Origin: Lingula anatina
Lineage: Eukaryota > Animalia > Brachiopoda
Reading direction: 5' to 3'
Length of the DNA: 64,000 nucleotides
Assembly (NCBI GenBank): GCA_051362555.1
Contig: CM120647.1
Coordinates: 2,790,001 to 2,854,000 of the forward strand
In this document: positions 1 to 13,600 of the stretch, in pieces
Layout of the letters: the number at the start of each line of letters is the position of its first letter
Position numbering within the stretch: the stretch's first letter is position 1
The notes under the pieces: model-generated
Told to the model about the DNA's origin: nothing
The model's input: only the letters and a program-made list of their open reading frames with translations
Database searches by the model: none
Made by a program: the position numbers and the translations under genes

Positions 1-278
1 GGGTATGTTTGGGGCAAAGAAAGCAAGGGAGTGTAGTTACTTTTTACACTTATCATTTTGTACTGTGTGTTTGAAGTACCAAGTTGAACCTTCTCAACAT
101 TAATATTTTTTGGCTTAGGAGTTCAACCCTTTTGTAATTATTAGAAAATGGCTTACTAATACTGAAGGTTGGTGGTTTGTTTTAAATAGCTTCTGTCACA
201 CACACACACACACACACACATGCACACGCACAGGCACACAATCCAGTGACATCTGTTAACATGCTGTTCTGTTTCCAG

Positions 279-414
279 ACTAGGCTTACTGTTTGTAGTG
301 AACAATGAGAAGGAAGTGGATGGAGAACAGGATGCAGGTGTCGCCCTCTACAGGGCTTTCAACTTTGTGAAAACAGCCAACACTGTGTCTGCTGCTCTTT
401 CTTTTCTTACTGAT
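279..414 (+). CDS. UGGT: UGGT exon ([32 protein letters not shown]...FLTD)
   Basis: ccag| acceptor, |gtaagt donor, UGGT-like peptide. Confidence 0.9.
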
Positions 415-3400
415 GTAAGTGACTGATACTTATAAAACTGCTAGTTCCAGGAACTAAGCTTTTTCATACCTTGATTGAATTCTTTTCAAGTGCTCTGGTA
501 GCTGTACAACTGATGAAGATAAGGGGCAATCTAAGGGATAGTCACTGCAACATATAGCATGTTACTGGGGTAAAACTTACGTTTACATTTGTGTCACTAG
601 ATACTTGATCAATCAGATCTTGATACTGACAGAGATGTGTTGATTTTTATGCATATTGTGGTAGCATACTGAAAATGTAGCTCAATTTTATGTAGTTGCA
701 TTTGGCATTTCAATTCAGTGGACATTACAGAGCTCTTTGAAATAAATTGATGAAATTGACAAAGCCTGCCGGTGTTACCATCTGATTGATTTGATTTAAT
801 TTACTTTCTGGTGTCGTTTTGAGAAAGTATATTGGAAATGTTCTGTTGATTGTATGTATTTAAAGGTAAATCCATCAGACTTTCCTTTGAATAACATTTA
901 TTTTGCTTTTATTATAAGGGGATTCCCTAAGTATTTATAGTGTTATATGTGGCCTCAAAGGAATTTCTGCCCCTCCCCTATTTTGATAAGGAACACACTC
1001 TTCTTGGCTAATGTCAGTGTTACTACAGAATGCATTTGAAAACGTAGGAAGGTTTATTTCAGATAATTCATATCAGAAAATCCGTGTTCACATGCGAAAT
1101 TAACCAACATAAGGTGATAGATTTGCACTGCCGGTGTATGACCGACAGATTTAATATCTCGAAAGGGAGGTGCCTCATAAAAATGAGAAGTTTTGTTATA
1201 AAATCTCCAATCAGCGAAATCAAAATATATCTTAGTTATTGTTGTAATCTTATGTTATAATAAATACAATCTCATCATAAAAAAACCTGATGTTCTTGGA
1301 CTATTTATTAGCTAAATTGATATTTTTAGAATTTGGAGGCTAAAAACACCAGAGTTGTCTGGTTCTCATATTGAGGCACTACATATTGTTCATGTGCTTA
1401 GCAACATAGAAATGTGGAACCTGGCATGGTACTTGATATTGACAACAGAAATCTCTATTTTATAACTCTATACGTTATAGTATCAATGTAATTATACATT
1501 GTCATCAGTATGAGTTTTTCTTTCCTTTACAAATCATTTGTTGGACTATATGAGCATGAACTGATAGCCCTGGGTGGTCTAAAGGGTAGTGAAGATGTTC
1601 CTATATTATCTGTTGTCAGGTGTTTGATAAGGTCCAGGCTGGAGATTTGACAGCAGACCAAGTGGTTGCAGAATTCAGGTCACAGTATCAAGATGAGGAT
1701 GTCAACATGGTGTTTTCTTCAGACTCAGATTATGATGATGGTAGAATAGTAAGTAGAGTGCTGTATATGCTCACACCTTATACCTAGATAGTCAGTATGA
1801 CATCAACATATTGTGACAGTCAAAATTATGACATAGAACAAACAAATATTAGGTAGCACATCGCTGTGCACAGAGAAACTGTAGGAAATTGACTGCTCAC
1901 TACTTTTGCATTCTTAGCCCATTACCTGAAAGTGATAATGGGAGAAAGGAATGCAAGCAAGTGCATTAGAAACTGTTATGTTTTCTGTGAATTGTTTATG
2001 CAAGAAGTGAGAAGCACTGAAAGGCTTACTGCAAAAGCTACTATCATGTTGTCTATCGCTTTCATTAATGAGAACTATCTATTGACAGTATCTGTGTTGA
2101 GAGACAGAGAAGAGGAGGACACAGGCAATGAGTTACTTTTATCAGTTGCATTCAGCTTGTTTACATTTTTGACAAGTCACATGAGATTTTTTAACTTTTA
2201 AAGGCAGTAAGAGGTGTTTTAAGAGCCTCTGTCGTTGATGATAATCATTTTAACTCAGGATTTTAATTCTTATTATCGTTTTAGTACACTTTGTTATTTA
2301 TGAACAAAAATGACTAAACGTATGATGCAAATAGAAGAAATTAGCTTCAACATATTTAATTGTAAGAGAATCAGAAATTACTTAAAGCCTGAAACACCAT
2401 GAATTAATGTTTTATTGTCCTAATACATATAATACACGATAAAGATAAAATAAGCCCAAATCTTGTTTTAAAACCAAGTAGTCAACCAATCAGTCCACTA
2501 AGGTTTATTATTCAATGTGTCATTTCTTTCATGATAACAGAGTTCTGCAGAGTACTTCTCTCGCATTGGCCTCACCTCACTGCCACAAGTTCTCCTAAAT
2601 GGGGTTCCTCTCAAGAAAGAGACACTTAACCAAGACAGTTTTGAGGAAGGTGTGGTTATGGAGATAATGAAACAGACTCCAGACTTCCAAAAGGCTGTCT
2701 ATAAGGTAAGAATAAAGATAAAATTGTTTTAAAACAACACACATTCAGACTTAAGACACCTTATTTCCTACACCATTGTGTTGTGTTTAAAGAATTCATG
2801 TAATTCCTGGAACATGTGCAACTTGTATCTTTAGTTGTTTTTTTTTCAACTGAATAAACTAGATTGAAAAAGTCAATAATAACAGTTTAAAATGAAAGTT
2901 AATGAATTTTATCATTTTACTGAAAGTAAAAACATGTAACTTGAAATCAGATGATTTTTAAATGTAAAATATTTTTAATGTGGCATGAGAAAGGAATAGT
3001 ACGTGTATTTGATTTTGTAGATGAAAATAATAATTTTTTAAATTATGCCAATTTTTGTAGTAAATTTGATTTCTACCCACCATTCACAATGTTTTATGGT
3101 ATTGTACAGTGCATCGAGAAAATGATTAGAAATAAGAAAAACATTGATATCTATATGAATATTCCATTTAGACCAAAATTTCTAGAAGTTCTGATGAGAA
3201 ATCAAAAGGGAGTAAGACCTATATACGATACCTTTGTTACTAGCTTGTATTTTAGACCAAAAAGTGAAATAAAATGGGAAAGTGAGTTGAATGTGTACCA
3301 CGATGAAAAATGGTGGATGGAAAAGAATAACTCGATTAAGAAGTTGGATGATATGAGCCTTAGATGGTTTCAATATCGCCTGCTCCATAGAATCTTAGGA

Positions 3401-6282
3401 ACAAATTCTTTTTTATTTCGGATAAATGTAGTAGAATCAAATTTATGTGTATTTTGTATAAAAGAGGAGGAAACTTTTGTTCATTTGTTTTGGGAATGCA
3501 GTAGAATTTCAGAAATCTGGGAACAAGTAAGAGAATGGTTAGAAAATGAGTTAAATATAATAGAAAGATTAAACTGTATTGACATTATATTTGGAAAAGA
3601 ACAAAGTTTGGTAAATTTAATTATTTGTTTGGTTAAAAAATTTATATATTGCCAGAAAATGACCAAAAGTGTCCCAGATTTCTTGAAAGTAAAAAGTTAT
3701 ATTAATCAATATATGGAAAGTGACTATTTTACTTAAAGCAAAAATATGGATAATGATGGTTTTATTAAAAAATGGAAAAAATTAGGAAGTGATTTTGTGA
3801 ATAGGAAATTTAACAGTTAAGTACCTTTAGAGCTTGTATGTATATATGGGTGTGAGAGTGTTTTGTAATTTTTTTATTTTTGAAATAAATTAAAAAAAAA
3901 AATTTACTGAAAGTAAAAACGTGTAACTTGAAATCAGATGATTTTTAAATGTAAAATATTTTTAATGAATTCATGGCCGATGGATATCAATATTAAACAT
4001 GTAATTACCCACCACTAAAAATGGCAAGCATATAGTTGGGGGGGGGGGGGGTCATAGTGAAATTTTCTGTGTCCCCCAAAGTTGGGGGGGTGCTTGGTTT
4101 CTGTGTGTATAGTTATAGTACTACCAACTTGTGTGTAGGAGGTGTCTTGGTTTTAGCCCTAACTAGACTGAAAATGCTCAGTATTAACATAGTTTACATC
4201 AAAAATATTCATTCATACCAAACTGTGTGTGCAGTCTGTCGTTTGGGATGTCATACTCTGTGAGGATGACTCACACCAGTAGGTAGAAACCTTTACTAGT
4301 GTCTTAAGAAAAGATTTGCCTTTTTTTGTCATCATTACACAGGAAGCTATCATAATTTGACAGGGTGAACTGACTGACAGAGATAATGTGTTGGACTGGA
4401 TAATGGAAAAAGAGAATGTTTTGCCAAGACTGAATGACCAGATACTGGACACCAAGGACAAGAGGTACCTGCAGTTTGGACATGATGCAGGTCAGTAGCG
4501 GATCAGTGGGGAACAAGAATTACAAAATATCCTTTTACAGTTGCTTGAAATGTGGCTGAATATTTTATCACATTAAATTATTGATTCTAACTCATAAGAA
4601 TTAATTCAACCAGTAGATATGTGAAAAGAAATATAAAGTATTGGATATTGTCTTTCTTTGAGTAAGTATTTGTATAAACCGCAGAACATGAAAGTTTTTA
4701 TGAATAAGCCTTAAAAAGGAATTTATGTATATCTTTGAAACATAAAAAAAGAAAGGTTAAGTGGGCTGTCCATATTTATAACAGTGAAAGAGAGTACATA
4801 TTCTTTTTTTCCTGTATTCTTTATGTTATCAGATGTCTGTAGGTAATAGTTGAAGTGATAATAATTTGAAATATTGTATTATACAAAGATTCTTTGAAAT
4901 ATGTTTATATGACAAAATTTCAGGTTTGATAGACGTGAACAAAGCTGGCACATACACTGATATGACCAACAAAGAACTGACTGCATCACTAGCTGCTAGC
5001 ATGGTATATATGAAACGCCAAGGTAGGGAAACTGTGTTTGTACTGCTACTGTTGACTTTTCATTTAGTCCAGATCCTAATTGTTCCATGTTGCTCTTCCC
5101 ATCTTCCCATAGCAGTATATATACTATGAGACTTGCACTTTTATTATGTACATACATGGTGTTTACATTTGCCATCATTTTGTTGCTGTTGTCATCACGA
5201 TGCACTTTTAGAGATGACAAGTTAAGTAGAAAACCATTTGACCCATTGTCTTCAAATTTACAGGACTGATGAATATTAGGAAAGTATAGATAAAAAAAAA
5301 AACAGTTTGATTGGACCAGTTTTAAATTAAGTTTATTTTTTCAGTTTTTATAATACTATATGTAATTCAGATGACACATTAAGGATTTGGTAGCCTTTAG
5401 TATCATCCAGACACCAAAAGGAGTTTTTACCTGCATCTAATTACCTCCGCCAAGGAGGTTATGTTTTCACCCCTGTTTGTTTGTTTGTTTGTTTGTTTGT
5501 CATCAATATAACTCAAAAAGTTATAGATGAAGTTCGATGGAATTTTCAGGGTAGGTCAGAAATGGGTTAACTTAGAAGTGATTAGTTTTTGGTAGTGATC
5601 CGGATCAATAATCAATCAATAACCAAAAAACTAAGTTATGGACCGATTTTGATGAAATTTTCAGGAACTGTCAGAAGTGGGCCAAGGAACAGATGATTAG
5701 TTTTTGGTGGTGATCCAGATCAATAATCAATCAATAATAAAAAAAATATTGAAAAATTAGGCGTGAAACGGCTTTGGATGGAGACTTTGCTGCCTTGGCA
5801 GAGGTCTGCACTTTCTGAGTGCTTTTCTAGTTATTCAATGATTTGTACCCTTTGTGTGTAAATCTATTCTAGTAGATGTGCATAATCATGGTAGATAACA
5901 TAATTTAACATTTTGTTGGATCAGTGTTGAATCAACATGGGAGCATTAAAGTGGGTTACCTGTCTAAAGAAATAAAACTGGAAGTGATTTGCTTTTTAGT
6001 TTTACTTTGTTGTATTTTTGATATGCTGTATGGTATGTGATGATAAACTAGAATCAATGTTAATTCTCCAAAGGATTGGATAACAAAGTTCTGAAAGCTT
6101 GACAAGAAAATTGGCAAATATGTGAACTCTGTGTTCTTTAATTTTCAGAGGAGGCAGACAAGCACCCTATCACCATGTGGGTGGTGGCAGATCTTTCCTC
6201 ACCTGCTGGAAGAGCTCACCTCTACAGTGCTGTTAGACATTTGGTAAATATCATGGAGTGTTATTGTTCTGGAATGTATCTT

Positions 6283-6370
<88 letters not shown>

Positions 6371-9024
6371 TCCAAACTGATCTTTATGAAGATGATTTTT
6401 GTTATAGTTATATGAATACTGCTGATGTGCAATATTAGTGTGTTTTTACAACAGGGGGAACTTTTCCTTTTATTCTAATATTTTCAAAAGGGCATTCCAC
6501 CTAGCACATCCAAATATCAACACAGTCAGATGTATCAGTTGTTGTGAATTATTTAATGGAAATATGTCAGCAAGATAGTCATCATTATAAGATCAGATTG
6601 CTACTGAAGCTATATATGTCACTTATGAAGATGACGGGCTTTGCATTGATTGAAGTGCCTAGAGTTTGAACTTCACAAAAATTATGTTTTATTTAAGATT
6701 GAAGAAACTAAAGCAAACAAGACCAGGTGTAGGTGCAATAACTGTACCAGGCCCGTAGCCAGCAAATTCAAAAGGGGGGTTCTTTTTCTGAAAAAGTGGA
6801 CCTTTTACAATGAAACTTGTGTGTACCTAGATAAAATTCTACCCAAAATGGACCTTTTCCTGACAAAAGGGGCAGTTCTTTCGAACCCCCCGAACCCCCC
6901 TGGCTATGGGCCTGTGTATGATTTAAATTGTACCATCCAGATAGGAGATTGTACGTTGACATTTTGTAATTAATATTTAAAAAGAACAAAATCATTAAAT
7001 GATGGAAATGGGCAGGATAAAATTTTAAAGGTAGCAGAATGCTCTTTTTGTCAGTTTCAAGAGATACAATAGCCAGACAGATTAGAATATTAATGTACCA
7101 AGGAGTGTAGATAAATCTGGGCCACAGCAGTGACTGCTGCAAAATTTTAAAAGCAGCTGGATGGCTTTAAAAAAAGATCAAGTATTGCCAAGTATTACAA
7201 TAAACCAAATAAAGGCAAAGAATTTTCAGAAGCATTTAAATATTTAGAAAAAGTATGTTGAACTATTCAATTGAGCTATAATTGCTCTCATAATTACCGG
7301 CAAAGGTATGTGCTAGTGCGCATGTGTTCTCGACTAAAATGGGGATTTTGTACGGCCTCCTTTGTGTGGAAATGAAATAGAATAAAAAAATTAAATGAAA
7401 TTCATTGAAATTTGATTAGAGTTCTATGGAGTTTCTAATTCAAATGAGAGGTAATTAGCTCACCCACCTCCCCTTCTTCCATAGCAAAGGGTTGGAGTAC
7501 CTGGTTTACATATTTAGATATGTATAACTGTATATAATGTGTTGAAGTTATTATGTATCTAAGATAATAGTAAGCATTGATTTCACTTGCTTGCAGCCAC
7601 CATATTTCTACTTTAATACATCTTTTATGATCAAATACAGCTACATATATTATGTTTTTCTTATTAATTCTGCTCGAAGCATCATTCAGTCAAATGACAT
7701 ATTTTTTTAGATATTTAAAATCAATCAAACAGTCAGCCATTCTGTGTGTCTTTGTAGAAGCACAGTCATACCCTGAGGGTTGGTATTGTCCACAACCCTC
7801 GCAGTCTCAGTACCAAGTTGTATGAAGGCAGCCAGATTCCACTGGCCATCCACACAGCACTGGGAACTCAGGTTCCACACATTGCCAGGAGCTTTGTCAC
7901 CAAGCTGCTGAAAGAGGACAACATACATGCCATATTGGAAGGGACAAAGTCACTCAGTGACTTGGAAGTCCATGTAAGCATTTCTCTCTCTCTCTCTCAT
8001 TCTCTCATTATGTGTGGTATCTTTTTAATTAGATAACAAATCATGTCAAACTGATCCTAGGGTATGGTAATGGAGGTGTACCTCAAGGCCCTGGACGTAC
8101 AGACGGTGGCTTTCCTACAGTTCCACTCAGCCTTCTGCACCCAAGTCCTGGGCTTTGAGCCAGGCGCCCGAGGAGTTATAGTGAATGGAAGAATAATTGG
8201 TCCATTAAAAGACCAGGAAACATTCATAGAGGATGACTATAATCTACTGGAGAAATATACACTGAAGTTGTCTGCTGAGAAAATTGTTCAGATGCTGACG
8301 GGATTTACAGAGGACACAAAGAGGTACAGTCAGTGTGGAAGTGATAGAACATGGTCAGTGTGGAAGTGAATATAACATGGGGCTTAAGGCAGACTCACTT
8401 TGGTGTGGAAAAATCTGTTGAAATTTTCTACCTCCTGTGAGGTTTGTGATTTAAATGTAAAATGACTGTCAATATTACATCAGGTAGAAACATCTAGGCT
8501 ATTATATAGTGCATCCATGTGTTTGATTTTCATGCACTGATATTACACATCTGATTTCAATTTACTGTTGTGAAAATGTAACCAAAATTGTTATTGAGAT
8601 AAATAAGATGGAACGGAAGTGGATTTTTTTTTTTATTTAATTAAGATTGTGTGCTTAAGTCAAAAATTCTACACTTAAATATTTATAATATGTATATATA
8701 AATAGTTTTGTTTCCAAGGTAATTTGAGTAAAACAGTTAATGATCCCAACTTGAGTCTAGTCTAATTTTCTGGCCCTCTTCGTATGAAAATGCAAACAGT
8801 TTTAATCCTCTGCTTTTATTTTAGTGCAATTTATCACATTGTTCATTTTCTGATAAATATTTAGTTTTCTGGTACTGCTCAGTACTTTTTTCTTAAAATT
8901 TGAAAATATTTGCCATGACTGCAATGTTTTGGTATGATTTGTGATACTTAAAGTAGGTTTTGTATAGTTATTACCTCCGCCAAGGAGGTTGTTTTTGGTT
9001 CTGTTAGTTTGTCTGTCTGTCCGT

Positions 9025-9055
<31 letters not shown>

Positions 9056-9581
9056 CTAGCAACATTACAGAAAAAGTTATGGACCGATTTTGATGAAATT
9101 TACTGGAACTGTCAGAAGTGGACCAAGGAACAGATGATTAGTTTTTGGTGGTGATCCTGATCAATAATCAATCAATAATCAAAAAACTAAATCATTATAG
9201 ATTGAAAATTTAGGGGTGAAACGGCATATGTTGGAGACTTTGCTGCCTTGGCGGAGGTCTGTGCTCTCGGAGTGCTTTTCAAGTTGGTCATTTGATTTTT
9301 GCAAACTATTTCAATGCTAAAAGGCACTGATGAACAGTTTACTTAGATAATGAGAACTTTTTTTATCAGATTTGTAAAATGCATTGCACCCACATATCAG
9401 CAGTGAGTGTTTTTATATTCTTTATTTTTGATTTATTTCATGGCCTACTAAAGCAATTCAGATCAGGATACTTTTTATTGGCCTCTCTCCTGTTAGTGCT
9501 AGATGGTGGCGGGGGGGGGGGGGGGGGTGAGAATGGCCCTTAAAGCAATGAGACACACATGGAGTGTGGTTTTAAGTTACC

Positions 9582-9635
<54 letters not shown>

Positions 9636-10608
9636 CCAAAGCTGGCACTTCGAACAACAGGATAATTGCATTTGTATTTCACATACAGGCTTGCATGTAT
9701 TTTCATACTATTCGGTGCGTTCATCCTGTTGTTAAAAGCGCCAGCGATGGTATAAGTCAGCTACAACTACTCGTCAGCCACTGTATGCGACATGCAAGAG
9801 CAAAATATATCTCGACTTGTGTTGTAACTAGTACTTATTGTTGTTATTGTGTTGATGAACATGACATAGAGGCTTTCATTTCTGTTATAGTCTTGTCTTC
9901 ATTTTGATTTAAAGAAGCATGCACTTTAGGTTATATTCAAAATATGTCCCAGTTTTTGTCATGATAATGAAAAAAAAACACATTTAAGGTATTGTAGGGA
10001 GTTTTTCAAAAAATAAGATCACAAGTAGTTGCAGCAGGAACTGCTTACTTATACATACTGTGAATCTATCTTGTGTATCTATTCAGGGTCAGTGACATGG
10101 TGACATTTATACATACTCTGTATCTATTCAGGGTCAGTGACATGGTGACATTTATACATACTCTGTATCTATTCAGGGTCAGTGACATGGTGACATTTAT
10201 ACATACTCTGTATCTATTCAGGGTCAGTGACATGGTGACATTTATACATACTCTGTATCTATTCAGGGTCAGTGACATGGTGACATTTATACATACTATG
10301 TATCTATTCAGGGTCAGTGACATGGTGACATTTATACATACTATGTATCTATTCAGGGTCAGTGACATGGTGATGCAGGTGGGCAGTCTGTTGCTGTCCA
10401 ATCAGCAGGCCAGCATAGCCTCCAGGACTGATGTACAGTTTGCTGGGGACCAGCACAGGTATGTTCACATACAGTACAGGGATGCTCTCTCACACACAGT
10501 ACAGGGATGCTCTCTCACACACAGTACAGGGATGCTCTCTCACACACAGTACAGGGATGCTCTCTAACACACAGCACAGAGATGCTCACACACACACACA
10601 GTACAGGG

Positions 10609-10682
<74 letters not shown>

Positions 10683-13600
10683 TACATGTGCTGATGGCAT
10701 TTTTTCTCCAAATATTATTACATTACTATAACAGGAGGTGCAGTACCAGGTTTTTGGAGTTAATGAGATGTGTCATACAAAATAAACTGTGAAATAACCC
10801 TTCCTATGGACAGGTCACTGCATTTTTGCATTGTTGTAACTTATGACACAAAATGAACAACCTATCCTAGAAACATACCAAGGAGCCAGTGAACAGGGGA
10901 TTGGTGTGTACTTTGTGCCTGTCCATTTACAGCTACATGGGATATCTTCTCATTTTCTTCGTAGTGTAGATTTTTCTGATTGAATTATTGCATCATGAAG
11001 TAAAATTTTACACAGACAAAGGGATTTCAAGGTAAAGAAAAAAGTTGAAATATGATATGATTCTTAAATAAGTATTAAAAAAATCTGCATCAATTACTTC
11101 TTTTTATCCTGAAGTTCAAGAACTGGATGGAGTATGAAACCTTCTGAAGTCATTATGTTGCATATTGAAAATATTGTCATTAACAATTTGTTGTTTAACT
11201 TGGCATTGTTTTCTGGAAAAAGAACTGGATTTTGTCACTGTCTGTGTATTTTACAGGCTATTGATACAGTTATGGGACTTCTGAGTGTCTGTGAAGACCT
11301 GTACTGGTAAAATTTTAAATACTTTACTGACTGTTTAAAATATCTACATCTTCAGTGTGTTAAAAATCCCTGCTAAACCTGAGGAACCAGCCTATGATGT
11401 AACATTCATAGTGGATCCAGTTTCCCGGGAGGCACAGAAAGTGACCCCATTACTCAGGGTGAGGACAGTTTGGGATTTGCCAAACAGTTGACACCTTTCA
11501 CTCTAAGAGAAGACACCTTTATATATTTAATCTGTTTATCCTGCACAAGCTGCACAAGAAGTTAGACAGAGTCAGTGTAAAAGTCAATTGTTTTTATACA
11601 ACAATTGTAAATAACCACAGATGTGGAAACAATTAAATGTATAAGGTAATTTAGTTACCAAGGTCAAAATAGACAGATTGATCTTTTTGTAGAAGATAAC
11701 AGTTAAAACTTATATTAAGTTGTATCAATCACTTGACTATTAATCAACAGAAGTAAAAAATATGATGATGTTAGGTACTTATATATAATAAATCACTGTT
11801 AGCTGATTTTACATATAGTATTTAGAATAGATTCTCAGCAGTAAAGGTTCATGTTTTAAAATGTCAAACACAAAAAAAGTGACTTGGCAGAGTGATAACT
11901 ATCAGACCCCGTTCCCATACCTAGATCGATCTAGCACGATCGACCCATATCCAAGGGGTTTCTCATAACTTGCATTCAGCTAACGTGGCTCTGATTTCTG
12001 GCATGCCTACTGAAACCGTTGGGGCATAATTAACTATTGTATAGCAGCTTCAGTACGCTTGCCAGACATCTAAGCTGATCATTATAATAGTATTTTATGT
12101 TGCAGGCACTGCTCAAAGTTGCGAACCTTAAGATTCAAATATTCATGAATTGCAGAGAAAAATTGTCAGAAATGCCTCTGAAAAAGTAAGTTTCTTAGAG
12201 AAATATTAATATTTCAAATATATTTATTCTTGGTCATTTGTGAGCCTCTAATAAGGCCTACACTGCAATGTTGTCTCCCAAGATATATGCCGAAAGCCTT
12301 TGAAACTTATGTATGGCATAGTTAAAATAAAAAATTAAACCATTAAAAGGAATGCCTTTGGTATGTGAAGATGAAAACAGACATCTCATTACATGGTGAG
12401 ATAGCTGTCTGTCTGACACCTGGTCACTGACCATGTTTCTCTGCTCTCTCCAGCTACTACCGCTATGTGATTGGGTCAGAGCTGGAGTTCAGTTCAAGAG
12501 AAAGCCTGGGTGCAGTGGCCACCTTCCACGGACTGCCACAGAAGTCTCTGCTCACTCTGAACATGAACCCTCCCGAGGGCTGGCTGGTGGAGGCTGTCAG
12601 GACACAGTATGATCTGGATAACATAATGCTGGATGAGGTAAGGACAGTAGACATATCTCTGCTCTCATATATATACTGGATGAGGTAAGGACAGTACACA
12701 TATCTCTGCTCTCATATATATATATACTGGATGAGGTAAGGACAGTAGACATATCTCTGCTCTCATATATATACTGGATGAGGTAAGGACAGTAGACATA
12801 TCTCTGCTCTCATATATATACTGGATGAGGTAAGAGCAATAGACATATCTCTGCTCTCATATATATACTGGATGAGGTGAGAGCAATAGACATATCTCTT
12901 GAATCTTCTATAAGCTGCATGATTATTTTATTTTACTAACATATGCATAAGCTTCAAATCTTTCTCAGCAAAAATTCATACAGCAGCTTACAAACTCAAC
13001 TGCCTGATGTCACAACGCACTTCCTGTTTTCATTTAGGTCTTGAAGGCAATTAGTTATTAACATCAGCAGTACGGTTTGCATTTAGTGTGAACATTCTTT
13101 TTCAAAATTATCACAACAGTATGGAACAAGATTTTTTACATAAATTCTTTATATAATATCGAACTTATTTTCAAAATTTGAGATATCAAGATATCGTAGT
13201 TTTTCCACGAAGACCCTTTGAAATAACCCTTTTCATCGATTTCTTAAAGGTTGAGTCTATGACTGATGAATACAAGGCACCACTCTGGGGTAGCGCTGGC
13301 AACTTTTTTCCTCTTAGCCAAATCAATACTTTTACATCACTTTTTTCTCCATATGGTTCAAATTTGACTAAAACAAAGTCAAGTCAAACAGTTTTTGCTT
13401 AGCCAACTTAAGTCAGTTTTTCCATTTGGCTAAATTGGCGAGTGTAGTACTACCCCAGCCACTGGAAGTTAATTCATGTGCTGTATATCAGGTATGATAT
13501 TGAATTATTTTAATCGATGTTTTTTTTTTTTTTCAGGTAGACAAGGGAATCAATGCGGAGTTTGAATTGGAATATCTATTATTAGAAGGCAAGTTAAGAC

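Noticed and set aside
2951-3736. 261-aa ORF as an independent host gene
   Set aside because: It is a LINE ORF2 C-terminus whose ATG comes from the duplicated flank
6175-9907. ORFs with poly-IY, poly-Y or RQTD runs
   Set aside because: Microsatellite translations or exon read-through into introns
12241-12302. Possible hammerhead ribozyme (CTAATAAGGCC...GCCGAAAGCC)
   Set aside because: Core CUGANGA is not intact and I could not close stems I and III
13281-13464. Possible MITE with CTGGGGTAG...CTACCCCAG ends
   Set aside because: Short, degenerate inverted repeat with no clear TSD or second copy
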